From contig OZ024761.1 in NCBI GenBank assembly GCA_964016885.1, positions 30,380,001 to 30,444,000 of the forward strand: 64,000 nt of DNA. Direction: 5' to 3'. A program made the position numbers and the translations under genes. Under the pieces are notes generated by a model that saw only the letters and a list, made by a program, of their open reading frames with translations, was not told the origin of the DNA and did not search any database. The stretch is from Eledone cirrhosa (taxonomy: Eukaryota). Below are positions 1 to 13,271 of this stretch, in pieces (positions within the stretch are counted from its first letter, which is position 1; each line of letters begins with the position of its first letter).

Positions 1-1100
1 CATCGCCTCCATCTCTCTCACCCTCCTCATCGCTCTCATGTGCACCAGGTACGAACACAGAGGAGCCGAACTCCCACTGTCGCCTTCTCCATCTCTCTCA
101 TGTGCACCAGGTACGAACACAGAGGAGCCGAACTCCCACTGTCATCGCCTCCATCTCTCTCACCCTCCTCATCGCTCTCATGTGCACCAGGTACGAACAC
201 AGAGGAGCCGAACTCCCACTGTCGCCTTCTCCATCTCTCTCATGTGCACCAGGTACGAACACAGAGGAGCCGAACTCCCACTGTCATCGCCTCCATCTCT
301 CTCACCCTCCTCATCGCTCACATGTGCACCAGGTACGAACACAGAGGAGCCGAACTCCCACTGTCATCGCCTCCATCTCTCTCACCCTCCTCATCGCTCA
401 CATGTGCACCAGGTACGAACACAGAGGAGTCGAACTCCCACTGTCGCCTTCTCCATCTCTCTCATGTACACCAGGTACGAACACAGAGGAGCCGAACTCC
501 CACTGTCGCCTTCTCCATCTCTCTCATGTACACCAGGTACGAACACAGAGGAGCCGAACTCCCACTGTCGCCTTCTCCATCTCTCTCATGTACACCAGGT
601 ACGAACACAGAGGAGCCGAACTCCCACTGTCGCCTTCTCCATCTCTCTCATGTACACCAGGTACGAACACAGAGGAGCCGAACTCCCACTGTCGCCTTCT
701 CCATCTCTCTCATGTACACCAGGTACGAACACAGAGGAGCCGAACTCCCACTGTCGCCTTCTCCATCTCTCTCATGTACACCAGGTACGAACACAGAGGA
801 GCCGAACTCCCACTGTCGCCTTCTCCATCTCTCTCATGTGCACCAGGTACGAACTCAGAGGAGCCGAACTCCCACTGTCATCGCCTCCATCTCTCTCATG
901 TGCACCAGGTACGAACACAGAGGAGCCGAACTCCCACTGTCATCGCCTCCATCTCTCTCATCCTCACCAAGTACGAACAGAGAGGAGCCGAACTCCCACT
1001 GTCGCCTTCTCCATCTCTCTCATGTGCACCAGGTACGAACAAAGAGGAGCCGAACTCCCACTGTCATCGCCTCCATCTCTCTCGCCTTCTCCATCTCTCA
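1..1100. repeat. Minisatellite with 62-bp and 80-82-bp unit variants
   Basis: Repeated CCAGGTACGAACACAGAGGAGCCGAACTCCCACTGTC...CTCCATCTCTCTCATGT(G/A)CA; for example, units start at 471 and 533. It runs off the window start. Confidence 0.97.
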
Positions 1101-1119
1101 CTATTATGAGCAAACAGAG

Positions 1120-1337
1120 GGCGGTGGATTAGCAGTATCGGTAGAGGGTCGGACGCCAAGTTTTGCAGCATAGAGTTACGGCCCTTTATGATCTGTGTTC
1201 AAATCTCGCCGAGGTTAACTTTGCCTTTCATCCTTACGGGATCGATAAAATAAAGTACCAGTCACGCACTGGGGCCGATTTAATCGACTTTCCCCTCCCC
1301 TAAAATTGATGGCCTTCTGCCTATATAAGAAACCATT
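1120..1337 (+). mobile_element. tRNA-derived SINE (family 1)
   Basis: A/B-box-like head (GTTCAAATC) followed by the core GCCTTTCATCCTTACGGG-TCGATAAAATAAAGTACCAG, which recurs at least six times in the window. Confidence 0.8.
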
Positions 1338-2275
1338 ATTATGGGCAAACAGGGTCCTACGCGTTCTTTGTTTTATTACCTCTCGTCTTTTTTATCTTGT
1401 TTGTTTGTTTTCTGATCAAGCACTGTATTGATTAGTCTATCTTTCGTTCCTGTTCCTCACCCTGGTAAAGCAATCATGTCATATAAGGACGGTCTGGGGA
1501 TTTTGCCAAAAACCTCTTCTCTTTACAATGGATTGCTCCACCCCAAACTTTCTATATCTTTCATTAACGACATTTCCTTCTCTTCGGTGGTGGTGGTGGT
1601 GCTGATGTCGGTGGTGTTGGTGGTGGTAGTGTCGGCGGTGGTGGTGGTGGTGGGAGTTGTGGTGGTGTCGGTGGTGGTGGTGGTGCTAGTGTCGGTGGTG
1701 GTGGTGGTGGTGGTGGTGGTGGTGGTGGTGGGAGTTGTGGTGGTGGTGGTGGTGCTAGTGTCGGTGGTGTCGGTGGTGTGTCAGTGGTGGTGGTTGTGAT
1801 AGTTTTTTGGTAGTGGTATTGTTTTTGTTGTTGGTGGTGGTAGTGGTGTTGGTGTAGGTGGTGGTTGTGGCAATGGTGCTGGTTGTGTCAGTGATGGTGG
1901 TGGTGGTGGTGGTGGTGATGGCTGTGGTAGTGGTGTTGTTGCTGTTGATGGTGTTGGTGGTGGTAGTGGCAGTGTAGGTGGTGGTTGTGGCAGTGATTGT
2001 GGTGGTTGTGATTATGACAGTGATGCTGGTGGTGGTAGTGTTGTTGGTGTAGGTTGTGGCAGTGATGATGGTGGTGGTGGTAGTGGTGCTGGTTGTGTCA
2101 ATGATGGTGCTGGAGATGGTGGTGGTTGCGAAAAATGTTCTCTTTTTTTTTGGTGGCTGTGGAGGCAGAACTGCTGTTAGTAGCAGGTCCATTAAACTAA
2201 TCGTCTCTTTGCTGTTTCGTTTGGCACACACTACAGTCCTAGTTCTTGTGATGGAAAATATGTCAGTTAATAACT

Positions 2276-2456
2276 GTTTCTACTCTAGGCACAAGGCCAG
2301 CAATTACCCAGTGCATTACTCGTACTTTATATTATCGACCCCGTAAGGATGAAAGGCAAAGTAAACCTCGGCGGGATTTGAACTCAGACCGTAAAAGGAC
2401 GTAACTATGCTGGAAAGCATGGCGTCCGACTCTCTACCGATACTGCCAATCCACCT
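2276..2456 (-). mobile_element. SINE family 1 copy
   Basis: Reverse complement of the 1120-1337 head and core. Confidence 0.8.
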
Positions 2457-2551
2457 GAGGAGGTGTTGTTGTTGTCATACGGCCCTGTGGCATTGCCAGA
2501 TCAGGGACCTTTTGTATTGACACCGTGTCCGTAGAACCACCTTCACACACA

Positions 2552-2664
<113 letters not shown>

Positions 2665-2949
2665 CACCTAATCTTCTGTGACTGAAAGTCCTCCAAAATA
2701 GACGTTAATTTTTTTTTAATGCTGGAGTTTATTCGATTAAATCAATTTCCAGTATATATTCTTTTTGTGATATAAAATATTTGCTAAATTTATTCAAAAG
2801 AAAAAAAACAAACCTTATTTAGTAAGAAAAAAAAAGTGGGGAGAAACAAAAGGAAAGAAAGAAGGAAAAGAACGGGAAAGAGAGGGGTTGGCAAGAGCTC
2901 TGGTCTTGCAGAAGAGAGGGGAGGGTGATTGGGCTTTGGGCCTAGGACA

Positions 2950-3075
2950 AGAGAGCAGGAGTGCTGCGCCCCGCGGCATAAGCATTCCCCCGGACGATGA
3001 GCCAGTGACACCTGCTGCAATAGCCACCCAACCTCGCGGAGCTCCCTCCTCAGACGGACCACCGATCTTTTGAAA
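2950..3075 (-). pseudogene. C-terminal fragment of a CRE-like (RLE endonuclease) non-LTR retrotransposon
   Basis: RLRRELREVGWLLQQVSLA plus a frameshifted IVRGNA-like stretch resembles the WLxQRISxAIxRGNA end of CRE-clade ORFs. It is homologous to 58290-58470. Confidence 0.6.
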
Positions 3076-3287
3076 ATGAAATATGCAGTTTGAACCTTTA
3101 CAGGTTTAGCTGGCTTTCTGCGAGGTGGCATCCCGTAGGAGGTTTCTTGGGTGCTTAAATAATCGGGGACTCGAGTCCTGTCGCGAAAGGCCTTTCTGTA
3201 AAGTGTTGCTGTTGTTGTTGTTGTTATACATCCCGGTGGAATTGCCAGGGATCTCTTGTAGTGAGGGTGTTTCCATAGAACCACGCT

Positions 3288-3348
<61 letters not shown>

Positions 3349-3764
3349 ACAAAACTAATCTTCTGTGACTGAAAGTCCTCCGAAAGAGACTTTGAATTGA
3401 AAACGAAATTTACAGTACGCACCTATACAGGTTTAGCTGGCTTTCTCCGAGGTGGCATCCCGTAGGAGGTTTCTTGTGTGCTTTAATGATCGGGGTCCCT
3501 AGTCCTGTCACGAAAGGTCATTCTTTAAGGTGTTGCGATAGAAAGACCAACGGAAACATTGTTTCCTTGGTCCGATCTGATGATCTGACGGTCGGGAAAA
3601 ACAGTGTGAAATGAAACATCGTCTTAAGTCAAGAACATAACTCACTGCTCAGTCCATGTATCGAACCCCAACCATATGATGGTGAGTCAAACATCTTAAC
3701 CTTTAGCCCACATGACTTCACGAAAAAGACATTAAATGGCACTGAATAATCAACTGGTGTGGAC

Positions 3765-4665
3765 TTAGCATGGTCGAATGGTTAAGAAGTTCAACTGGCA
3801 ATCAATAAGTCTCAGGTTCTACGACAAATGACATTCACCATAGTCCCGGGTAGACCTAAGTTTTAGGACAAATGACATTTACCATAGGCTCAGGTAGACC
3901 TAAGTTCTAGGATAAATGACAGTTACCATAAACTCAGGTAGTCCTAAGTTTTAGGACAAGTGACATTTACCATAGACTCAGGTAGACTTGGATTCCGGGA
4001 CAAATGACTGTTACCATAAACACAGGTAGACCTGGGTTCTAGGACAAGTGGCATTTACCATAGTCCCAAGTAGACCTGGGTTCAAGTAACATTTACCATA
4101 GACCCGGGTAAACCTAGGTTCTAGGACAAGTGACATTTACCATAGTCCCAAGTAGATCCTGCGTTCCAGGACAAATGACTGTTACCATAGACCCAGGTAG
4201 ACCTGGGTTCTAGGACAAATGACTGTTACCATAGACCCAGATATACTGAGATTCTAGGACATGAGACATTTACCATAGTCCCAGGTAGACCTAGGTTTCT
4301 AGGACAAGTGACATTTACCATAGACCCAGGTAAACCTAGGTTCTAGGATATGTGACATTTACCATAGACCCAGGTAGACCTGGGTTCTAGGATATGTGAC
4401 ATTTACTATAGACCCAGGTAGACCTGGGTTCAAGTAACATTTACCATAGTCTCAGGTGCACCTAGGTTCTAGGATATGTGACATTTACCATAGACCCAGG
4501 TAGACTTAGATTCTATGATAGGTGACATTTACCATAGACCCAGGTAGAACGTAGGTTCTAGGGCAAGTGACATTTACCATAGACCCAGGTAGACGTAGGT
4601 TCTAGGATAGTGACATTTACCATAGACCCAGGTAGACCTGGTGAAACTGGATAGACAGAAACTGA
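3765..4665 (+). repeat. SINE with an internal segment amplified as a ~40-bp tandem array
   Basis: The head TGGTCGAATGGTTAAGAAGTT is followed by about 20 copies of GGTTCTAGGACAAGTGACATTTACCATAGACCCAGGTAGACCT, then a SINE-like end TAGACAGAAACTGA. Confidence 0.75.
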
Positions 4666-4738
4666 TGAAGCTGAATAACTCGAAACTTTGGTCGTCTTTC
4701 CACTTTTGTTACTCACACAACACTGACTATAACAATAA

Positions 4739-4927
4739 CTGTTTCTACTTTAGGCACAAGGCCAGCAATTACCCAGTGCATTACTGGTACTTTATTTTGT
4801 CGACCCCATGAGGATGAAAGGCAAAGTTAACCTCGACGGGATTTGAACTCAGAATGGCAAGGGCCGTAACTCTATGCTGCAAAGCATGGTGTCCGACTCT
4901 CTACCGATACTGCCAATCCACTGCCCA
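4739..4927 (-). mobile_element. SINE family 1 copy
   Basis: Reverse complement of the family 1 head and core. Confidence 0.8.
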
Positions 4928-5013
4928 ACAACAGCAACAATATAAATAACAACAACAACAATAACAACAAGAACAAGGATAGACATGTGACGTCAGTTTG
5001 AATATCATTTTAT

Positions 5014-5240
<227 letters not shown>

Positions 5241-5651
5241 GAAATTTTTGATTTGAAGTGGGAGGCAATGGCTCAAAAGAGGGAGGGGAGAGATGGGGAG
5301 GAAAAGGGTAGTGTGTATGTAGATGTATGAGTGTGTCTGTGTGCATGTATTGTGTGTGTGTGTGTATGCGGATTTCTGGGTGTACATATGTGTATGTTCG
5401 TGTAATGGTATATGAATGTATATATGTATGCATATATGTATGTATATATGTGTGTGTATGTATGTGTATGCATATACATATATTCATATATGCGTGTGCA
5501 TATTTGTGTATATATATATACATATATGTGTATATATATACATATATGCGTATATAGTGAGAGATTCTCCACAGGTGTAAAGCAGCTAATTTCACAATGT
5601 TATAGATTAAAGGTGACATACATACATATATATATATATATACATACACAT

Positions 5652-5704
<53 letters not shown>

Positions 5705-5739
5705 CACACATATATATATATATACATATATATACATAA

Positions 5740-5789
<50 letters not shown>

Positions 5790-6408
5790 GTATTTACACA
5801 AATATTTATATATGTATACACACACACACACATACACATACATATATATATATACACAGGTATTTACACAAATATTTATATATGTATACATACACACACA
5901 CATACACACACATATATATATATACACATGTATTTACACAAATATTTATATATGTATACACACACACACACATACACATACATATATATACACAGGTATT
6001 TACACAAATATTTATATATGTATACACACACATACACATACATATATACACATATATATATATATATATTAAAATTGTGTTGTTGGTAGTTGCCGTTGTT
6101 GTTGTTGTTGTTTTAGCTATTGTATCGTTGGGTAAGAGTGAGAGCGAAAGCTGTTGTATAACTTATTATTCTAGCCACCCCCCAGCTCCATGTCCACCAC
6201 CCCAGCCACCCAAATTACATCACAAACAAATGGAGAGAAAGAGAGAGAGAAGGAGGCAGAGAGAGAGAGAGAGGACATCACTACCTTCACCCACGCCACC
6301 ACTTCCTCTTTTTTATTGTTTCGGGGTGTGGCTGGGGGCTTGAGAGAGAAATAAAAGACTGCTTAGTAATATATAGGTGAATACTGACGACACGCACACA
6401 CACACACA

Positions 6409-6519
<111 letters not shown>

Positions 6520-6525
6520 ATATAT

Positions 6526-7184
6526 ATATACGATATTAATAAATGGAAACTATATTTATAAAACCAGATTTATTTCATTATACATATTTCAGGGATACCA
6601 AATTAAATTATGGTATGCCTTCATCAGACAAAATACAATATATAACAGTTTTACAAATAAGCTTTGACGTACCCTTTTAAAATGCAACCATTATTTTGGG
6701 AAGCCATCTGGATAGTGAATTGTTTATATTATTTTAATAAGTCTTAGTGTTAAGGACAATTAGAAAAAGACGGAGAGAAAGAAAAAAGACGGAGAGAAAG
6801 AAAAAAGACGGAGAGAGAGAAAAAACGGAGAGAGAGAAAAAAAGAGAGAGAAAAAAAAATTTTCTAATTGTCCTTAACACTAAGACTTATTAAAATAATA
6901 TAAACAATTCACTATCCAGATGGCTTCCAAAAATAATGGTTGCATTTTAAAAGGGTACGTCAAAGCTTATTTGTAAAACTGTTATATATTGTATTTTGTC
7001 TGATGAAGGCATACCATAATTTAATTTGGTATCCCTGAAATATGTATAATGAAATAAATATGGTTTTATAAATATAGTTTCCATTTATTAATATCGTATA
7101 TCTACTCCAAATACTTGTCGAGTGCTTTATATCAGTTATAAAAATATTTACTTGTTGTATCCCAACAATTTTAAATAGAACTTT

Positions 7185-7188
<4 letters not shown>
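6526..7188 (+). mobile_element. Fold-back non-coding insert (family F) in (TA)n: 242-bp inverted arms plus tail
   Basis: 6526-6767 is the reverse complement of 6860-7101 (about 2 mismatches) around a GA-rich spacer. The tail is 7102-7188. Related copies lie at 21185-21350, 23440-23540 and about 61270. Confidence 0.85.
6993..7055 (+). ncRNA. Type I hammerhead ribozyme (mirror copy at 6572-6634, -)
   Basis: AUUUUGU CUGAUGA AGG-C-AUACCA...UGGUAU-C-CCU GAAA UAUGUA UA AUGAAAU: the core is intact, stems I-III are present, the cleavage triplet is AUA, and AATAAA follows. Confidence 0.8.
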
Positions 7189-7239
<51 letters not shown>

Positions 7240-7501
7240 AAGAAATTAAATGATGGTTAAAAAAGTTCCATATATTTTAACCATCTTTTAATTTCTTTAT
7301 ATATACTCCAGTTCTACCAACTGTTGAGTGCTACTTATCTGATATATGCATAGTTTTATTGTTCTACAATATTACTCACTTCCTACATTATATATTTCAA
7401 ATCCCGCCGAGGTTAACTTTGCCTTTCATCCTTACGGGGTCGATAAAATAAAGTACCAGTAATGTACTGAGTAATTGCTGGCCTTGTGCCAAAGTAGAAA
7501 C

Positions 7502-7564
<63 letters not shown>

Positions 7565-7708
7565 AGTTTACATGCATGCTTGTATATGTGTATATAATAC
7601 ACACACACATATAGATACACACATATATGTGTGTGTATGTGTGTGTGTGTGATGATTTCATACGAAGAAACAGTTCTACGCCTGTAGAAGTTATTTTTAT
7701 ATCTAATG

Positions 7709-7746
<38 letters not shown>

Positions 7747-7754
7747 CGTTTTTT

Positions 7755-8080
7755 AATTTGTTTGACGAGATTTCTTATCTGAAAACGTGTGTTGAAACAG
7801 ATATTGTTATACTTTGGGAGGGTCATGTTGCCAATAAAAACACAGGCACCTGTTGGTTTTCACTTCAATTTATTATAAATTTCCGGTTGTTTGGTTGGTT
7901 CGATAACCGGTAGGTTTTTTATATTGTGTCAAAGCTCTTTTGTCACACATTCTGTGACTAGATTTTTATTTTGTATGTCTCTCCTTTGTTCTGTCATACA
8001 CCGTCTTGTTTTTGTGTCTTGTGGTATGTCACAACACACAAGTGCGTGTATTTTTATTGGCAACATGACCCTGCCAAAGT

Positions 8081-8122
<42 letters not shown>

Positions 8123-8416
8123 ATATATATATATATATTGTTATACTTGGGGAGGGTCATATTTGTGTAATATTGCCAGAATTAATAACAGAACACACTC
8201 ACTGTTTGGTTGGTTTTCGCTTTTCGCTTCTGTGTCTTTTATATCGGTAATCTAATTTATTCGGTCCTCAATGTTGCCATTGACTGACCAGCGGTAAAAA
8301 ATAATACAGATACAATATAGACACAATTCTGGCAATATTACACACATATGACCCTCCCCAAGTATAACAATATTTGTTTTGACACACGATTTCATATCAA
8401 AAACCTCGCAAAACTA
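7755..8416. mobile_element. Two rearranged PLE 3'-end fragments (family D)
   Basis: They share TATTGTTATAxTTGGG(G)AGGGTCAT and downstream sequence with the terminal repeat of the PLE at 10931-13525. Each has a partial inverted arm and is flanked by (TA)n. Confidence 0.8.
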
Positions 8417-8663
8417 TATATATATGTATATATATACATATAGTGGCTGACTGAATACGCACGCGTGTTTTTTCTCAGAATATTTTCCATTCCTTCCTCT
8501 TTTCATTCTACCTTTCTAGTTCAACTTTTATTTCTCATTCTATCTTCTGATGAAGGACTAGTATCCGAAATGTTAAAACTCTTTTCCTATTATTGTTAAA
8601 CTAATATATTTTCCTCATTGTACTGTGTCGTTTGCTTTGTTAATCCTGTTTAATTTTTACACC

Positions 8664-8698
<35 letters not shown>

Positions 8699-9248
8699 GT
8701 GTGTGTGTGTACATATGTGTACATATACATGTGCACATATATTTGAGCGTGTGTGTGTATACGTGCATACATATATATCCATATAAACAAAACACACACC
8801 CTTGCCATATTCATCAACAGTACATCGAGATTTAACAGAATTAAAACAAAATGAGTCGTACATAGATTTATTCAATTGTCATAAGGGGTCAAGTGATATT
8901 TTCATCTCTTCACATATGAAATCACTTGATGCTGCTATGTTTTCAGTATCATGTGTATAAATCGCACACAAGTAAGAGAGACAGTTATTGTTAATGAGGT
9001 GTTATTGTCGATGAATATAACCATTTTTTAAGGTGTGGTAAATCCATTATATATAAAATATGTATATATATCTAGTTAGTACCGCACTAAAACATGGTAT
9101 TTTCTACCAAATGGATTTACCACACCTTTAAAAAAATGGGGCGGGGGGGGGGGGGGGCAGAAGAGAAGCTCCTCTTTAAATTCAAGGGGACTAAGGTAAT
9201 GGATATTAGATATTAGTGGGGCCTTCCCCCCTCTCTCTCTCTATCTCT

Positions 9249-9326
<78 letters not shown>

Positions 9327-9450
9327 ATATATAAAATCCAGATCGCGGTGCCAAGCGGTTTCGGTTTGTGTCGCATATCTTTATACCCACTCCGCATCTC
9401 TCCATGGATTGAGTCCCCATGCATTTAGTACACCACTAACTCTCTCTCTC

Positions 9451-9518
<68 letters not shown>

Positions 9519-9839
9519 AGGGGGCGTGAACTGAGACTTGTTTCCACGACATTTGTAGTGACTGTGTCAAAGAAAGGCAGATAGACAGAGAGGCGGAGGT
9601 AAAAACGGGGAAAGATAAATAAGAGCGGTGAAGAGAGAGCAGAAAAGTGAAAGATAAAGAGGGAGAGAGAGGAGCAGGAAGAAGAGGGGAGAAAGAAGGA
9701 ATGATAGAGAGGAGGAGGTAGAGGAAATGAGTGAGAGAGAGAGAGAGTCAAGGTCATGTCCCTCATTCAAGAATGTTCTCAAGGTCATTCTTGTGCGTGA
9801 GTGTCTGTGTGTAGGTGTGCAATGTCTATGTTGTGTGTG

Positions 9840-10440
9840 TATGTATGTGTGTGTATGTATGCGTGTGTGTGTCTATGGTGTATGTATGTATGCGTGTGTG
9901 TGTGGTGTATGGTGTGTCTATGGTGTATATGTGATGTGTGTGTGTGTGTGTATGGTGTGTCTATGGTGCGTCTATGGTGCATATGTGATATGTGTGGGTG
10001 TATGGTGTGTCTATAGTGTATATGTGATGTGTGTGTGTGTGGTGTATGGTGTGTCTATGGTGTATATGTGATGTGTGTGTGTGGTGTATGGTGTGTCTAT
10101 GGTGTATATGTGATGTGTGTGTGTATGGTGTGTCTATGGTGTATATGTGATGTGTGTGTGTGTGTGTATGGTGTGTCTATGGTGTATATGTGATGTGTGT
10201 GGGTGTGTGTGTGTATGGTGTGTCTATGGTGTATATGTGATGTGTGTGGGTGTGTGTGTGTATGGTGTGTCTATGGTGTATATGTGATGTGTGTGTGTGT
10301 ATGGTGTATATGTGATGTGTGTGTGTGTGTGTTTGTGTGTCTATGGTGTATATGTGGTGTGTGTGTGTATGTGTGTGTCTATGGTGTATATGTGATGTGT
10401 GTGTATGTGTGTCTATGGTGTATATGTGATGTGTGTGTGT
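9840..10440. repeat. (TG)-rich minisatellite
   Basis: Repeated GTATGGTGTGTCTATGGTGTATATGTGATGTGTGT. Confidence 0.9.
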
Positions 10441-10852
10441 ATGCGTATGTATGTGTGGTGGTTGTGCATTTGGTGTGTGTGGTGTGTTGTGTGTGTGTGT
10501 GTGGTGTATGTATATGGCGTGTGTGTATGGTATATATAGGTTTGTGAGATGCCTACAAGTGTATGTATGTGTTTATGTGTATGTATATGGCGTGTGTGTA
10601 TGGTATATATAGGTTTGTGAGATGCCTACAAGTGTATGTATGTGTTTATGTGTATATGTATCTGTATGATGTGTGTGTATGTATGATATATATATAATGT
10701 CGTGTGTGTGTGTGTGTGTGTTGGTATGTGTGTGTGTATGATATATATAATGTGTGTGTGTGTGCATGTAGGTGTGACTATATGTATATGGTATATATAA
10801 GAACGTGTTTTCATATATGTATATTGTGTGTGCATATAAATGTGTATGTCTG

Positions 10853-10883
<31 letters not shown>

Positions 10884-11185
10884 TTATATATATATATATT
10901 TATATATATATATATTTATATATATATATTAGTTTTGCGAGGTTTTTTATATGAAATCGTGTGTCGAAACAGATATTGTTATATTTGGGGAGGGTCATAT
11001 TTGCGTAATATTGCCAGAATTAATAACAGAACACACTCACTGTTTGGTTGGTTTTCGCTTCTCGCTGTCTTTTATATATATATATCTGCGATCTAACTTA
11101 CTCGGTCCTCAATGTTGCCATTGACTGACCGGCGGTCAAAAATAATACAGATACAATATAGACAAACACATATATATATAGTTTA

Positions 11186-11223
11186 CATAAATCTTTCGTT
11201 GCACATCTGCAACATCGTCAGTG
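11186..11223 (-). ncRNA. Minimal hammerhead-like motif in the PLE pLTR
   Basis: CA CUGACGA U GUUGCA GAUG UGCAAC GAAA G AU U UA UG: the core and a 6-bp stem II are clear, but stems I and III are weak. Confidence 0.6.
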
Positions 11224-11501
11224 GTGTTATATTCATTGTTCCTCCTGTTGTGTTGTATGTCTACGCCATTTTTTTTTTTGTTCAGTCTGTCTATATATTT
11301 ATTTATTTATTTGCTTGTTTGTTTATCTTATTTTATTTTGTCTTCTTTGCGCATGCGTTTGCGTGTGTGTATAGTGTTATGTGTGATGTGTGATGTGTGA
11401 CTAGTGTGTATAGTGTTGTCTGCTGGGTGACTAGTGTGTGTTTATGTGCTTGTGTATGTATTTATTTATCTTATTTTATTTAATTTAATTTACTTATTTA
11501 T

Positions 11502-13271
11502 TTATACTTCTCTTAGGTCAGTGTTGTTTGTTTGGGTGTTGTTGTTGTTCCACTCATTCTTTCTGTTTAGCTTTGGTCTTCTAATTTCTATTTCACTGGC
11601 CTCTCTGATTTGCCTATCTGCTGGGTCATTCCTATGTTTAGATATTATTCTAATTTCTATGTTGTCTATGTTACCGTCATGATGTTGTCTAGCATGTTCG
11701 TATAGTACTGACCCGTTTTTTCGTCCTTTTAGTTCCCCCCAGTGTTGGTCTATCCTTTCACCTATGCTACGAGCTGTCTCACCTATGTATGTTGTTGTCG
11801 TGTTTCTGCAAGTACCCTCTGTACATCTTATGCTATAGACTACGTTTCTAGTTTTACAGTTTATCCGGGGGTTCACCTTACATATGATACATTTCCTATT
11901 GGTACAGTGGGTTTTCTTAAAAGGGTAGGTTTTGCTGATCAGGGATTTTATGGTGGTTCCTGGCTTTTCTACCACCTTTATTTTTAAGTGGGTCTTTCTC
12001 AGGGCCTTTCTACACTGGTTAGCTAATTTCCCTCCAGGGGTGGCGTCCACAAACATGACACTCTGATATCTCTGGTTGTCGTACCATGATGTGGCCTTCC
12101 CTATCTTATGTCTAGCCCTATCTAAGCTATTCCATGATTTGCTCCTGTATAGTGGGCAAATTCCTTTCATGTCCAGTTCTATGAGGGTCTTATACTTTTC
12201 CATGGCTCCTTCGTATACTCTGACTCTGTCTCTTTGGTTGTAGCCAGAGAACTGCATGCGGTTGATGAAGTGTTGGATGTGTCCTTCCATTTCTGTTGGG
12301 TCGCACATGCTGGACACATTCTTCATCACTCGTACCAAATCTGCGATCAGAATATTAAACTTAGCACTACTGGACATTGCTGAGTTTTTGAGTATCAGGT
12401 ATTTGGAGGCCATGGGTTTAGCATAGTGTGAGTGGAGAATTTGGGCTCTCTCGTCTATAGTGTTAATCCAGAGTTCTGTGTCTAATACAGGTAGTCTATT
12501 GTTAGGGTGTTTGGAAGGGAAGTCTATAGTTACAGTTATACTCTGGTGTATGGAATTAGCTATCTGCTGGATGCTTTCCATCGTGCTACGTTCTAAATCA
12601 AACTTGTTAGTGCTCTCTAGTGGGGGTGTTCTTATAACTATATTGATATCGTCTACATAACGAGAGTACATGATGAGGTCTATGGAGCTTTCATTAAGGA
12701 GATCTTTAAGTCTCCTTTCCCACCATACCATGAAAAGGTTGGCAACATCGCCAGCTATGCTGACGCCGATGGCTGCTCCCTCATTTTGGGTGTAGATTTT
12801 CTCATTGAACTTAAATATGTGGCCCTTTAGGGTAGTTTTGATACTAGCCCCTATTGCATGTGCGACCATTTTTCTTACCTGATCAGTGTTTTGGGGGGTC
12901 CGTATAGCTTTGGTCCACCCAATCCACCTTCCTATGGGAGTCTTTTTAGCCATTGAGGTTATGGTGGGGGGTCTACCTCTTATAGGTCTACTAGGGCAGA
13001 AACATCTAAGGTCATGGCTGTCTAGGTAGTCAGTGTCGTAGGTAAGTCTAAGTAGGAGGCCCAGTTCGTCTGTGTCGACGTCGCAGAACTCCACCTCACT
13101 CTCAATGATCATCTCCACACATCTTTTCACAGCAAAATCAATGTTAATGGATGGGTACAGTGACACCACATCCATGCTGCCTATTATGCAGTTGGATAGG
13201 CTCCTGTTTTTGTTGCACTCACTGATTCTGCTGAGGAGGTCCTCTGTACTTTCACATACATCTGGGGACAT
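11502..13271 (-). CDS. PLE reverse transcriptase plus GIY-YIG endonuclease (N-terminally truncated, frame open)
   Basis: RT motifs SMDVVSLYPSI, QNEGAAIG, RYVDDI and LPVLD; Cys-rich linker CTNRKCIIC; nuclease motifs NVVY...YIGET.R...R..QH, H...HH, REA and LNRK. Confidence 0.93.
   Translation of the reverse strand: MSPDVCESTEDLLSRISECNKNRSLSNCIIGSMDVVSLYPSINIDFAVKRCVEMIIESEVEFCDVDTDELGLLLRLTYDTDYLDSHDLRCFCPSRPIRGRPPTITSMAKKTPIGRWIGWTKAIRTPQNTDQVRKMVAHAIGASIKTTLKGHIFKFNEKIYTQNEGAAIGVSIAGDVANLFMVWWERRLKDLLNESSIDLIMYSRYVDDINIVIRTPPLESTNKFDLERSTMESIQQIANSIHQSITVTIDFPSKHPNNRLPVLDTELWINTIDERAQILHSHYAKPMASKYLILKNSAMSSSAKFNILIADLVRVMKNVSSMCDPTEMEGHIQHFINRMQFSGYNQRDRVRVYEGAMEKYKTLIELDMKGICPLYRSKSWNSLDRARHKIGKATSWYDNQRYQSVMFVDATPGGKLANQCRKALRKTHLKIKVVEKPGTTIKSLISKTYPFKKTHCTNRKCIICKVNPRINCKTRNVVYSIRCTEGTCRNTTTTYIGETARSIGERIDQHWGELKGRKNGSVLYEHARQHHDGNIDNIEIRIISKHRNDPADRQIREASEIEIRRPKLNRKNEWNNNNTQTNNTDLREV

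Noticed and set aside
1-1173. Long ORFs in three frames, and a CRISPR-like look
   Set aside because: They arise from a stop-free tandem repeat. There are no unique spacers and no cas genes, and the context is eukaryotic.
1120-1215. tRNA genes at SINE heads (also 24054 and 62050)
   Set aside because: No cloverleaf can be completed, and they continue into repeated SINE bodies.
4662-4700. CTGATGAAGCTGAATAACTCGAAAC as a hammerhead
   Set aside because: Stem II and stem I do not pair convincingly, and it overlaps a SINE end.
10931-10970. Antisense hammerhead-like pattern in the family D tail (also at about 7760)
   Set aside because: The core box is TTGCGA/TTGACGA, and the stems are inconsistent among copies.
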